Of a DNA stretch of 64,000 nt, positions 13,451-26,986 are shown one piece after another (the stretch's first letter is position 1; every line of letters begins with the position of its first letter). Below the pieces are notes generated by a model. That model did not search any database and had not been told where the DNA came from. It was given only the letters and a program-made list of their open reading frames with translations. The position numbers and the translations under genes were made by a program. Source of the stretch: Euglena gracilis (taxonomy: Eukaryota). The stretch covers positions 45,363,847-45,427,846 of the forward strand of contig CP154954.1 of NCBI GenBank assembly GCA_039621445.1, in the 5' to 3' direction.

Positions 13451-14284
13451 CCATTTTCGGGGGAAAGTGAGTGGGTGGTTGGGTGGGGGTCCCGGTCGTT
13501 AAACCCCCCCATGGTCGGCAAGCAACGGTTTGGGGCTTTTTCGTGCAGCCCTTCCAGTGAATTCTTTGTTGTTTCTGACCAGATGCTTTTTTTTGGTTTG
13601 GGAGATGTTTCAACACCAAGAGATCCCAACACCATCATCGCTTTTGTGACAATCTCACCACTGTCCAGAAGTGTCCAACCAGTCGGGAGGGAGGTTCTTG
13701 ATAATCACATAAACTTCTGCCCATGCCACTGTTTCTGCCCACGTCATCTGTCACATGAGAAGCAGGATAGTTACTTTGCAGAAAGGTTAAAAAGACAGTA
13801 TTTGTTTTTTGAGAGAAATTTGTTTTTTTGAAAGAAATTCATTTTCTGCAAGCAAAACCTTCATCATCACAATTTCAGGCATTGCCCAAACTCTCGGTCT
13901 TTGGCACAATTAGGCAGAGAGAAAAACGTTTGAGATGGTTTGGACGGAATTAGTTCACTAACATATGAACCCCATTTCCAGGGAAAAGAGGCCTGCGACT
14001 CCTGGTATATTCGGGGGGCAGTGGGCCAAATAATTGAACTTCATTTTGTGCGGAAGCGTCCGCGGCAGACCAGTGCTCAACACCTGTCCCACCCCCGGGG
14101 CCAATGGCCAAAAAGTGACCGGTTTTCCTGAGTGGCCGACCCCCCCCGCCCCGGAGGGAATAAAGTGACTGACAAGTTTGGCCGAGAAAAGTGGCTGGCT
14201 GGTTTTTTCGGAGTGGAAAGCGACCACCTCCCCCCCCCCCCCCGGTGCCGCTAAGCAATGGTATGGTCCGGGAGACGCGCAAGA

Positions 14285-16270
14285 CAGCAGTCGCACTATC
14301 CCGAGGAAGACCAAGGGGGCTGGGGGGGACACCGAGGGCAAAACATAAACCCCAAGGCGAAAGGAGGATATTTTTGGTAAAGAAACCATTCTCTCACACA
14401 ATTTTTGGCCCTTTGTCATTGTCTCTATTTTTTTCTCACGACGTTCATGGATGTGTGGAGGGGCGGGTGTGAGTGTGGCCATCATTCCAGGAAGGGTCGT
14501 ACGCATGGCCCATCCACCCGCTACCAAACCGCCAGGCAGGTCCCCCTTTAATAATCGTACGATGTGAGCTTCCTGTAATTTTACATGGGGAACGGCATCT
14601 AATAAACTTGAACACCGTTCATTCTGATGAATCTGACAATGTTGAGGCCAGATGCCTCAGCAGAGGCCAGGGATTCCAGAAAGCATCATATTTTTGAATG
14701 TTTTTGTTCCACACTTTTTTTTATGGATTTAAAAGGGGGTGAAATCTTATTTTCCCCCCAACCCCTGGTGGGAGTAATACACCAGAGTGGGCATTTCTGG
14801 CCTGTGTTTGGGAAACTCTGAACAATTGCACAACAGCATCAGCAATTTCATTAGATGATGCTTGGTGGGGGGGGACCCCCCCCTGCGTGAGGATGTTCCA
14901 CAGATGTGTAAAGCCACTCTGATGTCTATTCAGGCTGGGACTCCACCTTACAAAGTCATCAATGGATGCAGGTAGAATTTTTCTACCCTGTAAAATTGAC
15001 CTGAGCAGATCAAGCAAAGGAGGGGCCACCTGGGGAGTAAGATTTTTTTATCCCCAACAGCTTTGGAAATTCCGGGCAGGGGTTTACTCTGACACATGCG
15101 GTGTGGGGGGGCTTCACGTTTATTAATGGGGGCCACCATGCTGCTGAAGCCCAAAAGGGGACCACCACCAAAACGTTTTCTTTGGGAAAAAGCTGCAGCC
15201 TGACCGGAATTTTTTGAATTATGGACCGGGGGGGTTGGCATAGAGCCCCCCCGCCAGGTTTTCCAGTGGCCACCGCAGTGCATCTGTTGCCTTTGCCTCC
15301 CAATTGGGTCATCTGGACAAAAATCTGTAAGTCTTTTGTTTTCTGGCGAGGCAAACAGATCTATCTGGAGTGTGATGAAGGGCTGAAAAATTCTTTCCAG
15401 GTGATGAAACAGTTTTCTGTCCAGGGAGTAATCCTCCTTTCTTGTCCCGAACTGCTGAGTGGGTCTGCCAGCCATTGGCTGGAGCGGACCATTGCACCAG
15501 GGTGAAATTTTGGGTCAGCCAATCGAAAAATGGATGAAAAATTTTGTTAAAAGGGCTCTTTCTCCCCCCTGCTTAATTAAAAAAAGATTACTCGATTGTC
15601 CACACACAGGCAGAACTCTGTCGTTTGCTTTTGCCAGGGATCTGACTGCGTCTGTAGCAGCCAGGAGTTCTTTACATTTATGTGAAGGGATTGTTTTTCC
15701 CTCCAGTGCTCCTGGATGAACTTTCCTGATGCTCGGCACAGTCCCCCCCCAGTGCAGGGTGCTGCTGTCTGAGTGCAAGATTTTTGTGTTTTTTTGCACA
15801 AATGGTGTTCCTGACCAATTCCCCAGCAAATCTTTTACATTTTTTCCTCCTCTTTTTTACTTCCTGGGAGATGACTCCCAAGGGTCCTGGGAGTGATCTA
15901 CCAGAAAATTTGAGAGCACTCATGTGAAAGCCCTTAAAAAGGGCAGGGCCAGGAGATATGATCTCATTCTTCCTGAACTGGCCGCCACCTGCCTTTTTGT
16001 CATGATGTTTTTTGTGATGAACTTTCCTAGTTCTTTTCTTACCCCCTTTGAGGGGAAAGTTGCAGTTTTCCCTCCTGGAAATTGATGCAAAACCGAATGG
16101 GGCACCAGTTGGAAGGGCTGCAGCAGGCTTATCTTTACCTTTATTTTGAACCCACTGGCCATTAAATCCTCCAGGCTGAGATGTTTGGGGTAGGTACTGT
16201 GATTAGTATGTCGTCCAAATAGACATACACCTGAATTCTTCTTTGATGCCATCTTTTTTCGAATGCACAC
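14285..16270 (-). mobile_element. Degenerate DIRS-type element (RT end, RNase H, MT, recombinase N-part)
   Basis: LHSDSSTLHWGG (RNase H), EDYSLDRKLF...IDLFASPEN and VPFWASAAWW (MT), ARNAHSGVLL (recombinase N-region); terminus-like sequence near 14285. Confidence 0.8.
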
Positions 16271-16518
16271 GTGTTCCCGCCCATGAGTGTTTCATTTCGG
16301 CTTTTCGGCTTTTTGACACATTTTTTTTGCGACTTTTCGGCTTTTTAGCCGTTGTTTTTCGGCCTTTCGGCGATTATGCCGTTCACTTTTGGCGTTTCGG
16401 CTTTTTTGCCACTCATTTTTGGTAATTCGACTTTTTAGCCGTATACTGCTGCGCTTCTGCAATTCCCGTGGCCGCTAATTCCCGTGGCCGCTTTTTGTCT
16501 GCTGCTTCTTCCTTAACA

Positions 16519-18050
16519 ATGGCCCTCATTGGGAAACACCAGCATTTTAAGTTGCATGCAGTGGAGCGGTACACTCACTGTGCCCTTCTTCTGGGGACAG
16601 AAAGCATGGCTTCTGTGAAAGCCCTACTTCAAGGAGCTGGTTTTGATGCCGCTTTGGGACATTTAGAAGGCTTTCCCAGGGTGCTTTTCATTGATGTGTT
16701 GTTTGAGATGTTTGAGGACAAAAAAGAAAATATATGTAACCTGCTTGGCCCCAGACACCCCTTTGAAAGGCACCCTATTTGCAATAGCCACTGTTGGAGG
16801 AAAACAACTGCGAATACGAAACTTCTTCGTGGGTGATCACACGGTGGAATATAAAGTGACAGGTGCAGATGGACCCACACCAACCGCAGCCAGTCGGGAA
16901 ATTTGCCCTTTTTGTGCTGCACCACCCGCTGAGGTCACCAACTGGAATGCACTCCCACGAGAATTGGAGATAGCGTCACGGCCGTCAGCAATTCTCACAG
17001 CTCTTCCACGAACCCAAGTTTTTACAGATGCAATGCATGGTGCACACAACGTCCTCCACAACATTGGCAAACCACTCGTCTTACACCTACTTGACAGCAA
17101 GCTGTTTGCCACTGAAGCAAGACAATTAGCTTGGACGGGTATGACAAAAACAGACGGCGGTGACGAAGAAGAGAAGAAAGCAACTCCATTTTCACTGAAT
17201 TATTGGCGGCAGTCAAACTGGAATTACATGCTGCAGCGTTTGGGGCCTCACGTGCCACAATGGCAACGCCTGCATCTGCAGGCATTGCTTCAAGACGGTT
17301 CTGCCATGGTTAATTTTGCATATCTGGAAAGTGTTGGTGCTGAAGGCTGGATAAGATTCAAAGAAATATCCAAGGATATGCGGCAAATACTTGCTACGTT
17401 ACATGCACCAGCCACCGTTTGGGGTCATGTTTGGACTTCACACCTGCCCCTTGCAGGGTTCCTCCTCTTTGCAGTTTTTCTTTCACATTTATCGAACCCT
17501 AACCCTGGGGGTGGGGAGGGCTGGACGATTTGCCAGGTTTGCCAGCCAACTGCTTGGAGGGGATGATTTGCCGCGTTTCGCACGGGCTGGCAGCCGGACC
17601 AAATTTGCCGGCCGCAAGGCTGGGGCTCACTGGATTGCTGGATTTGTTTGCTGTTTACGCCATGGCGTTAAACCTCTGAGGTCAGTTTCTCGCGACTTGG
17701 TCAACACTCTTCCCATTTGTTGGTCATGGCCTTGAAGGTAAGCACAGAGTGTCCAAGGCAGATTTGCAGCTTTCAGCAGGAAACCAAATTCGAAATGGTT
17801 CCTGGGGATTTTCTCAAACATTGCAGCCAAGGATGTTTGGGTCAAAACCGCTTTCTTTTTGGATGACAAACTTTTTCCCAAACAGCTGTATTCACAACTG
17901 GACCGGATCCGATGGGAATTGGCCGAGCGACAACGGACAAGAAGCAAACGCAAGTCACGTTGTGCCAGAAACACATTCCAACAAGCAGCATACCGTGCCT
18001 ATGAATCTGAAATGAAGATGAAGGTCTGTGCACAAAGACAACCAAAAAAA
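16519..18050 (+). CDS. Transib/RAG1-like DDE transposase, intron-split, 5' part not seen
   Basis: Ordered motifs LLLGTES, FFVGD, ICPFC, DAMH, WGHVWTSHLP, GHGLEGKH. Frames join after removing 16674-16782 and 17451-17683. Confidence 0.6.
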
Positions 18051-20889
18051 ACAATCAGCATCTTAACTCCCACCCAGATTCGTGCTCTAAATGCCACCCA
18101 AGTTTGTGCTTCCCCAAGCACCTTTCCACCAGCATGGGGAGGTACTGGTGAAGAAGAATGGTACCTTGGTGGGCGGTTACCAGTTTGTTTCACAACTCAT
18201 ACAACAGCGGAACAACAAGGCCACACTTTTATTTCGACTGCGGTATAAGTGTGGCTCCCCTATTCCGGAAAGGAGGGATGTGTGGAAGACAACCCTAAAG
18301 GAGGCAACCAGGGTTCAGGCTGTGCTTCTTGGACAGGCAGTTCAAAACCGCACAGGGCCAGAGCACAGGTGGGCGCAAAAAAAAAATCAACGTCCCGGGG
18401 GATGGGGTGGTCTTACATCGGTTTCGGCCAGGTGGGGGCGGGGGCTGAAATGAGGGTCATGCCCTTTCCTCCATGGTCTCATCATGGTTTCCAGTCCGCC
18501 CACACCATAAAACACTCGATCTGCCTTTATTTCCCATTATTATGCCACCTGCCACTGTCACACGCTGAGGATTTGGCTTTGGATGTGGACATCGAAGTCG
18601 AAGAATCGACTGATGTCCAAGAACAAGAAGCAGTGCAGCCATCATCTTTATCGGCACAGGCACCAGCAGCTGTGGATGTGGATGATGTGTCTGAAGCTCA
18701 TTGCTCTCAACCCCAAAATCTGGTCGTCACTGGCCCACCAGCAACCCCAGCCAGCCAGCTTTCAAAAAGCGTGCCAAGGGAGTTGTTTCCCACTGAAGAG
18801 GTGGCTCCTGGACCTGCAGAGGCAGTTCCAGAGGAACCCACACTTCAACCCGGAGGAAGTTCCAGAGTTCCAGAGGAGCAAGAGCGGAGCGGGGCACCTG
18901 GGGGCGGTGGGGACCCGGACGGAGAAGGGCACGACGAGGACAGCGGTGTCTCAGACGACAGCAGCAGAGTTGCTGCTGATCGTCCAAGTGAACCATGCTA
19001 ATATTTGAACGTTGGATGGTTTTTGGTCGGCACATGATGTTTTTTTTGGTCGGCAAACGTGGCGATTCAGCCAGCCCCACTGCTCTTCTCGCAGATTTTT
19101 TTTTGGGCCGTCAAATCTGGTAATTCAGCCACCCCCCCCCCCCGAGGGTTTTTTTGGCCGGAAAAACTGGCAATTCGGCCAGACCCCCGCAGGAATTTTT
19201 TTTGGCCGGCAATTCTGGCAATTCCCCTCCCCCCGAAGGTTTTTTTTCTATTCAGCCACCCACCACCAAGAATTTTTTTGGCTGGCCAATCTGACAGTTC
19301 GGTCACCCCCCCCCCCCCAGCACTCTGACTTGACGTGACAAACCACAGTGCTCCCACCGACGCAACCCGCATCGCCAACGACTGCAGCATCATCAACGAC
19401 TGCTGAACTGGTGGGAGATGAAGCTCGCCGGCTGCGGGCTTTGCAAAAATGCCATTTGCTTTCTCTCCACTTTTTTTTTGGCCTTCCCCCCCCCCCCGAA
19501 TTTGATATTCAGCCAACCAAGTGTCCCCCCCCCCTGGCGATACTGGTATCCCCCCCGAATGACACAAACCACCCCGCCAAAATTACCCCTATTACCCCCC
19601 CCCACAGGCTGGGACTTCAGGCAAAAAAATGATACCTGGGGGTTCATTTGCGGGCTTGCTCTTCATTTGGCAACCTGCCTTTCCCACTCAGTTGTTTAGT
19701 TGCTTGCCGTGTTGCATTTTTGTTCACATGCTTGCCTGCCTTTCTGCGGCATTCAACATGTACGATCTGAGTCACAAACCAGGTTTTCCCCACTTTTTTT
19801 TGCCCTGCCCTCTTTCACTTTCTCGTTTCGTGACGTTGTTTGGGAATGCCTATGAACAGGCAAAAAAACCTGGGAGACCCGAACCACCCTCTTGCCCCCC
19901 GCGTCCCCAACACCCCCATGAGCCATTTTGGGGGCCGCCACCGTTTATGTTGGGGGGTTCCCCGCCTCCCCAACCTGCAGCTTTTTTGGTATTTTACGTG
20001 GCAAAACTGCCAAACGTGTTTATCAATTGGCTTTTGTTATCATCCCCTGAAACATGCATTCAATGTCCCGCACTGTGGCTCTGAATGCTCGGAAGACCGA
20101 GCAAAAGTTGTGCCTGAAGTTGCGCTGCACAAGCACTTCAACCTTCCGTGTTGAACATGCTTTTGCTTAAGGGATTGCGTACCCCCGGGGGGGGGGGGGC
20201 TGGACTGCAGCTAGTCCAAATTTGTGGAATTTTTGGAACAAAATCAGCCAAAGACCGATTAAAAACCTCATTTCCACCTCGGCGCGCAGCGTCGGAGGAA
20301 AGTTTTTTTTCCAGTTGGGGGGACCCCCGGACCGGGGGATGGACGGGGGTCTAGCAAGTCCATTTTTTCCCCGAGTCCAGCTGATTGCCCCCCCCCCCCA
20401 GGGGGTCCTTAAGCAAAAGCCTGATGTTGAACCAGCCGTTCTAGAATGGCCTATGGTCCCTGACCATGGGTTCCCCCACGAACGCAGGAGATTGGAAACA
20501 GGGTTTTTTTTTTAGTCTTGGACACCTCCCCGGGGGGGGGGGGAGGGGGGGAGGGGGGGGGGGGCCCTTAGACCCCCTGCCCCCCCACTGGGGGGGGGTG
20601 GGGTACGGGCTGGTGGGTTTATCTTTTCTGGCGCCGAAAGTTTTGAAAGAGGTGCAATTTTATGCATTTTTGGCCATTTTGGTGGGTGGCTGCAGATCCC
20701 CTCCCCCCCCCCGGTCTGAAAAAACCCCTGAATGTAAAGAGTTTGTTCAATTCCTTCCATCAAAGCTCTTAAAAAAATGCTTCCGTTGGATTTGGTTTTT
20801 CCAGTTTGGGATATTTCCTTTTTTGTGTTTTTTTCGCCCCCCCCCCTCGCCCTGGAGCACTTTAGGGCCATTTTTCTGCCCATGGTTGT

Positions 20890-21050
20890 CATGAGGTGCA
20901 TCACAACCCATGGCCATCAAGACCCATGACGCCCATCATGACGTGATGGCCATAATGACCCATGATGGCCATCATGACCTGTGACCATCATGTCCATCAC
21001 AACCCAGGATGGCCATCTGACCCGGGATGCCCCATGATGGCCACCATGTG
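20890..21050 (+). repeat. Degenerate minisatellite (CATGATGGC / GACCCATGA units)
   Basis: Repeated catgatggcc-like units read directly. Confidence 0.6.
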
Positions 21051-21849
21051 TGCAATGCATGTTTTGTTCTGGTTGTGAGCCTCATTCTGGACCCCTCTTT
21101 TTTGTAGAGGAATTTTTTTCCTGCCCGAGAGCTGAACGAGAAATGGTGCAATTCGGCCTGCAGGCACCCGATATATGCTTCTGCTTTTAAAGAGCTTATA
21201 CGGCACTCGTTACAGAACGAAGTGGCGGAGGCACAGCAGTGACAGCAACCCTTTCTTTGAGATGTCCCACACTTTTGCCCCAAAACTTCAGAACACTTTT
21301 GTCCCGCACTTTTGTCGCGAACACTTTGCGATGAGTTTTGCTTTTCCTTGTTAGTTGAGGGGTTGGCAAATATGCTGTCGGATCAAACGGGGAAAGCCAG
21401 ATGGGCGTTTTTTTTTTGCCACGTGCGCCGGCGAGAAGGAGCCACGTTAAAAAAAAAAGGCCACAGCAAAGAAAATGGGCGTTTTTTTTGTTTGCCACGT
21501 GCGCCGTTGAGGAGAAGGAGGTCCTCAGTTTTGATGAAGAGCCGGCTTCTGCGCCAGTGCTGCCAGGTAAACACGCTTTTCTGCCAAAAGGGCCCGGAGA
21601 AACGGCATCTTCGCCGTGCAACACGGCTTTTCAGCCGTTTTTCACGGCTTTTACGCCGCTCGCAGCGGCCAAAAAGCCGAAAAGCCGTTTTGAAATAATT
21701 CGGGCGCCCACGGGCGGGAACACACCTGAGAATCCTGGGGAACAATGTTTAGCCCAGAAGGGGCCGCTTGGTACTCCCAGACATGTTCTCCTACCCTGCG
21801 CCTTAAATAAGGCTTAACGGTGTCGTGCAGGGGTAGATGAAAATAGGCA

Positions 21850-23772
21850 CCGTTCAGTCTATTTTTGCCCCCCCCAGTGACGTTTCTGGAGGAGGGTGTA
21901 CATGCCCTGCATGTGATCCAGGGTAAACTTTTTTACATTGAAAAGCACATTTATTTCTCTTCAATCCCGAAATAAAACACCATTTTATTTCCCCTGAGGT
22001 TTCGTCTTTGGAAATGAGGGAACAGTGGGGCAGATGGGCTGTGCCATCTGCTTCCGCCTTTTTGACAGCCCCAGATTTCTGGTTATCTTCCAGAATATTG
22101 TTGGCTTGCTCCAAATTGGAGCCTTTTCTGCCTGTCACAGACAGGCTGGGTGGTTGATGTCACTGGGGTGTGAGCCCCTCCCTGATCAGTGTAACGCGGT
22201 GAGGACTGGCATGCTTTTCGTACCAGGGCAGACATATTCTCAACCATTGGGGAGTTGGTGTGCCCCCCCAGGCCCTTCCTGCAAGATTCACGCTTTCCTC
22301 TACTGGAATACTCCGGGAATGTGCATGAATGATGGGTGTGTATAGAGCTGGGATACCTTTGACTTGTGGGGGTGGCCAGGCCTCTGTGGCTCCTGCCATA
22401 GGGGCCCTGCTGCAGCCCACTGTGGGTGCTGAGCAGGTGGGGTTCTGGAGGTTTCCCCTTCCCTGAGCTGCTGAGGCAGCTGGGCAGGGCTTCCCTCTGC
22501 CTTTGCATTTTCCTCCTCTCTTCCAGCCCTCTTTGCCTTGTCCTTCTCCAAATCTTTACCATCCTCCTCCACTTTTTGCTTTTCCACACTTCTTGAACTT
22601 CAATCCTCCACCTGTGGAAAGTAAAGTACACAGCATTCCCTTCTGGGAATGACCAGTGATGGAGGGGGAAGCATTGCAAAAAAACTCCAGGGCTGGAGAA
22701 ACAACCTTTGGCTTTTCTGATCTACTCCACCGCTTGTTGAATCTTCAGGTAATCCGCCAAGAAAAACTTCTGCTCCTTCTGTTCCACCGACTTGGGCAGG
22801 GGCAGAGAGGCCTTCTTCCTCTCCGCCCACCAACCAGACGTCCAGTTACAACAGCAGGTAGAAGAACTACTGGTTCAATACCAGCTTGTCAGCCTGCACT
22901 CCTTCATGAACCATTGCATACGTCCTCAACTAACTAAATCAACTAACTCAAAATCTTTGCTGGCTGGCCCACAGCAGGTTGTCTACCTTGGAGGTGGAGT
23001 GCTAACAGTGGTTGTTGGCCTCTGGCTTGTCCTTAGGCCTTGGAACTTGGGGACCCCTTCGAATAAAGAACGGATATCCAAAGTCAAAGAGCCCGCTTGC
23101 TTCTGGAGAAGGACCTTGTCCAGGTCCGCCCACAGGCTCTGGCTGGTTTACTCCCACTCCAGGGGCTCTTCCTCGTCTTCCTCCGTCGTCGCGTGCGCTT
23201 CCCTGTCAGTGTCCAAAGTCATCGGCGCACCTTCAGGTGCTGCAGCTTCCGGGGAACAACTCCATCGCCGCTGAGCAGCGCCTGGACTTTCAGAGCTTGA
23301 AGGCCACGGAGGCCTGTTTGTCCGTCAGCTCAACGACGATACCATCTCCACCTCGCACGTGAGGGAGAGCGAGAAGAACCACGCTTCGATGTAGGCTTGG
23401 TTGATGCGGCCACCATGGCCTCTCCACACAGCTGCTCCACGGCTACCACGAACCTCATCGTAGTCCATTGAGGCGATACTCCAAATGGTTTTGCCACGAA
23501 GCTCGCAACAATATCTTTTAAGTCCCACAAAAAGACAACGGCAGACTCCCCGCGACAAGGAAAAAAATACCATTGTAAAGAGATTGTATCTCCGTAGGGT
23601 CTGGCGCCGAGATACTGCACCAGCACTTCTGCCATAGGGCAATTGAGAACAGTCAACTCCGGCAAAAAAAGAGCACTAAAGGGGCAATGATAACCTTCCC
23701 AAAAACATTCACCTTCAAAACTCTGGCAAATAAGGCATGACCTCACCTTAGGGAAGTGCGGAGCCCGAAGTG
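21850..23772 (-). mobile_element. 5' fragment of a DIRS-type element (left end, degenerate gag, RT start)
   Basis: Gag similar to the array gag (LTLDIRSL vs LRLDVRSL); RT start ISKDETSGEIKWCFIS; left-end motif AGTGCGGAGCCCGA at 23755. Confidence 0.75.
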
Positions 23773-23834
23773 TCGTGCTGCCTGACTTGGTGTTTGTGCT
23801 TTGTTCTAGTGTGACTACCCACTCTAATGTACTA

Positions 23835-24246
23835 ACCCCTCCCCAATAGAAGCCCCTGGGGGCTACTATTCGGAACGTTGGTCGAATCCGAGGAGGGTGG
23901 GGGCTTCTATTCGGGGGGGGGGGCTCACTATTCGGAAAAGTGGTCGCAAACCATGGGGTCCAAGAATTGTCGAAGAAAATTCTTTGTGGGTCCACATGTC
24001 CTATCTTTCCAAACCATGTCAAATTTGCTGCAAATGTTAATCTTGTGGATGCATTGAAACATAAAATCACCCAACCCCCGTTTAACCAATGCCTGAAGAA
24101 ACCAAATTGACATCCGTCTCAATTGACAGATCCACGGGCAGGCGCGTACCATTCGGGTGGGGGGGGGGCACTATTCGGAATTTTGGTCGAAAACCGAGGG
24201 GGCAGGGTTCTTTTCGGGGGGGGGGCACTATTCAGGGGGGAGGGTT
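23835..24246. mobile_element. MITE with TIRs, probable TA TSD
   Basis: ACCCCTCCCC-AATAG ... CTATT-CAGGGGGAGGGT ends, TA on both sides, internal CTATTCGG repeats. Confidence 0.6.
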
Positions 24247-26340
24247 TAGCTGATGACCGTTTGAGGTCGACCACCAGGCGGCGGAGCTTTTCCTCTTCAG
24301 AAGGCCTTTTTGGAGCGGTTTAGCTCCAATTTTAAGGTTTTCTGAACATTTTTGTTAAAATTTCCTCTCCTAAGGGGCCCGTGGGATGGTTGTGCAAGGA
24401 GAAGGATTGAGTGATGCTAGGTATTCCCAAATGGTGATTTTGGGCCGATTTAGCGTGCTTTAAGCTTTTTATGCATTTTTCCTTTGGTTTTCAGGGAAAA
24501 TGCTGGATTTGTTGGGGGTGCTTTCAAGCCCTTGGAATAGAATTTTCTGAGATTGGCGCCTGAATTCCCGCAGTTTTTGCAGGGGTTTGTAAGGCTCAAA
24601 AATGATGGAATTCAGCATAATTTATCAAAATCAAGGGGGAAACCTTAATTTGATTTGGGTTGGTTGATGCAAGGTGCAGAAATTTGGGTTTTGAGAGCGC
24701 TTAGGAATCAGCGCACTCAACCGAAATTTAACTGCCCATCAGCTGCATCAAAAACATATTCTCACAGGGTTTTCCTCTTTTATCTGTTCCATTATTGTGT
24801 TTTGTGTTGCAAATCAAATAAATCACAATCAAGATTTGGATTTGAATTCAATAATTCGAATCACAACTCAACAAGAAATTGACAGAAATAAACAGATTGA
24901 CGAAGGGCAGGTTTTCCTTCCCTTTACCTCCTCATCTCTGGAAAAAGGGGCAGGGGGGTGGGGCTCCCACACTCAGGCAACCACAGGGCAAATTTAACCA
25001 CAAACCCCCCTTTTTGGCCCAGAAACGTTGAGAAATAACACCCAGGGTGGTGTCATTTGAGGGGGGTGTTGGCTCCAAAGGCACCGCACTTCGACATCCC
25101 AGTGACACACCCCTCAGGGGTTGGGCATGGTTCACTGGGTGACTCATGCTTGGAAATGTGGCCCAGTTTCGGCCGCAGGGGGGACAAAATTGGGAAAAAA
25201 TTTCGGCACAGGTTGGCTGAAGGAGCCAGAAAAATATTCTACGCCGCTCACCGGCCCAGGGAGGGGTTTCGTCCGTTGTGGTAGGCAGAGGTCTTTCTTT
25301 CAGCCGTCTGGTGGAATTTTTGGGTTGGAAATCCCTGCTCAGGATGTTTTCTTTGATGATCAGCCAAAGGCCCAATCTCAGATGGTAAATCTGACGCTTG
25401 GAGTTTCAGGGAGTTGGGAACCGAAGCCAGTTTGGCTGAACTCAGAATCCCCACAAATACGAGACAAATGTTAAGGTTTCAGGATGGGAGTGGCCAGGTT
25501 GTCATTCACAACCACCGTGTTTTTCAGAGCCTTTTTCAGGGGTCTTTCCTTTGCAAAATATAGGGTACGGTTTTGTGCTGCCAGAGTTACAACCTCTCTC
25601 ACAGTTTTCGTTGGTGAAAACTTTAGGTAATCTGCCGTGGTTACCCACTTTTGCGTTGCCTTTGCCTCCAGCTGAACCAGTTTCTTCAACACCAGCCCAA
25701 AGGCCGGTGGCACTTGCTGGTTTATTTGTACCTGAACTCCCAAACCAGGGATGACCACTTCCCGTTACCGCTGATCGAGTACTTGATCACCAGACAATCT
25801 GATAACCGGTTGTGGTCAAGCTTTTAACTGGAAGACAGTTTCTATCAGATGCATTTACATCCTGATTTGCAGCTGTACACAGCGTTCTGACATCCAAGTG
25901 TGTGTACCAATGGACGGTACTCCCCATGAGTGTTAATAATCATAAATGTTTCAACGAACAATCCAGTGGGTTTTGCGTCATTTACCGTTTGCTGTGCTGT
26001 ACATTGACCATGTACTGATGGAAACCCAACCGCCATCCACGAAAACGAGCGAGGATACCCTCGATCTCCACTATCGCGATGTGCGGGCGCGTCATCCGTG
26101 TTTCAAAAGCATGTGGTTTTTATCAAGGGTTCTAAAATGGACGTGTTCAGGGAAATTATTAATTTTGCGGACACATCCTGAGCAAGAAGCAGCAAGCAAA
26201 GCAAAGCCGCACGTAGTAAACTGGAGGTCATCAAGAGATGGACTCCCGAGGTCATCAAGACCATAACATATTTAAAGGAATTTTTGGGATTAGCCCAATA
26301 CTAAGCCATTTACATGAAATATTTCGCAAAAATGGCGGTA

Positions 26341-26986
26341 AACCCCCCCCCATTTAAACCGACCCGTCGGTTTAGGACTTTTGGGTTGGCGGAAATCCTG
26401 GAGGGGGTCGGTTTAGACAGGGGGTCGGTTTCAGGGGGAGCACGCGGCTGGCCGACGGCGTGACGGAAGCGGGTTGATGTTAACAAGGCAATTTCAATTG
26501 GCAAATGCCCAATTTGGTCGGCCAATGCCTAGCTTTGAGTGACAAAATGCCTAATTTGGGAGGCAAATTCTTAATTTTCGGGGGCAAATGCTGAATTTTG
26601 GGTGTAATATCCAATTTTTGGTGGCAAACTGCCTAATTTTGGGTGCAAACTTCAAATTTTAGATAGAAAATGCCTAATTTTGTAATTTTTGGGTTCCAAC
26701 ACCAACTTTTCGGAGGAAAATGCCCAATTTGAGGTGCAAACTCCAAAATTTGGAAGCAAATGCCTAATTTTGGGTGTAAAATCTCAATTTTGGGTCATCA
26801 ACACTAACTATTCAATGAGCATGGTCGCACTTTCCGTTGGCGGCTTCCATTATGTTGCGCATGTTTGTCATCCAACTTGCCATGGGTCGGTTTATTTATT
26901 TTTTTGGTTGAAATTCTGCAATGGGTCGGTTCGGAAGGGTAGGTCGGTTTAGAAGGGGAGTCGGTTTAAATGGGGTGAGGGGGGGT
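26341..26986. mobile_element. MITE, TA TSD (Tc1/mariner-type)
   Basis: TIR CCCCATTTAAACCGAC / GTCGGTTTAAATGGGG. Removal restores the Gypsy reading AKMAV-ALTRKL. Confidence 0.8.

Larger units (their letters stand above)
1..14219 (+). repeat. Tandem array of ~4.8-kb units (partial 1-4619, 4620-9417, 9418-14219)
   Basis: Near-identical sequence and ORFs recur at offsets of ~4800 (MQISHLQDE at 24, 4824, ~9622). Junctions read GTGGAAA|TCGGACT at 4620 and 9418; after copy 3 the sequence continues GTGGAAA|GCGACC. Confidence 0.95.

Noticed and set aside
18249-19001. 250-aa acidic ORF
   Set aside because: Low complexity with no recognisable motif; it may be an exon but I cannot support a call.
19000-21700. 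Many short ORFs in G/C-run-rich DNA
   Set aside because: Compositional artefacts of MITE-like and low-complexity sequence.
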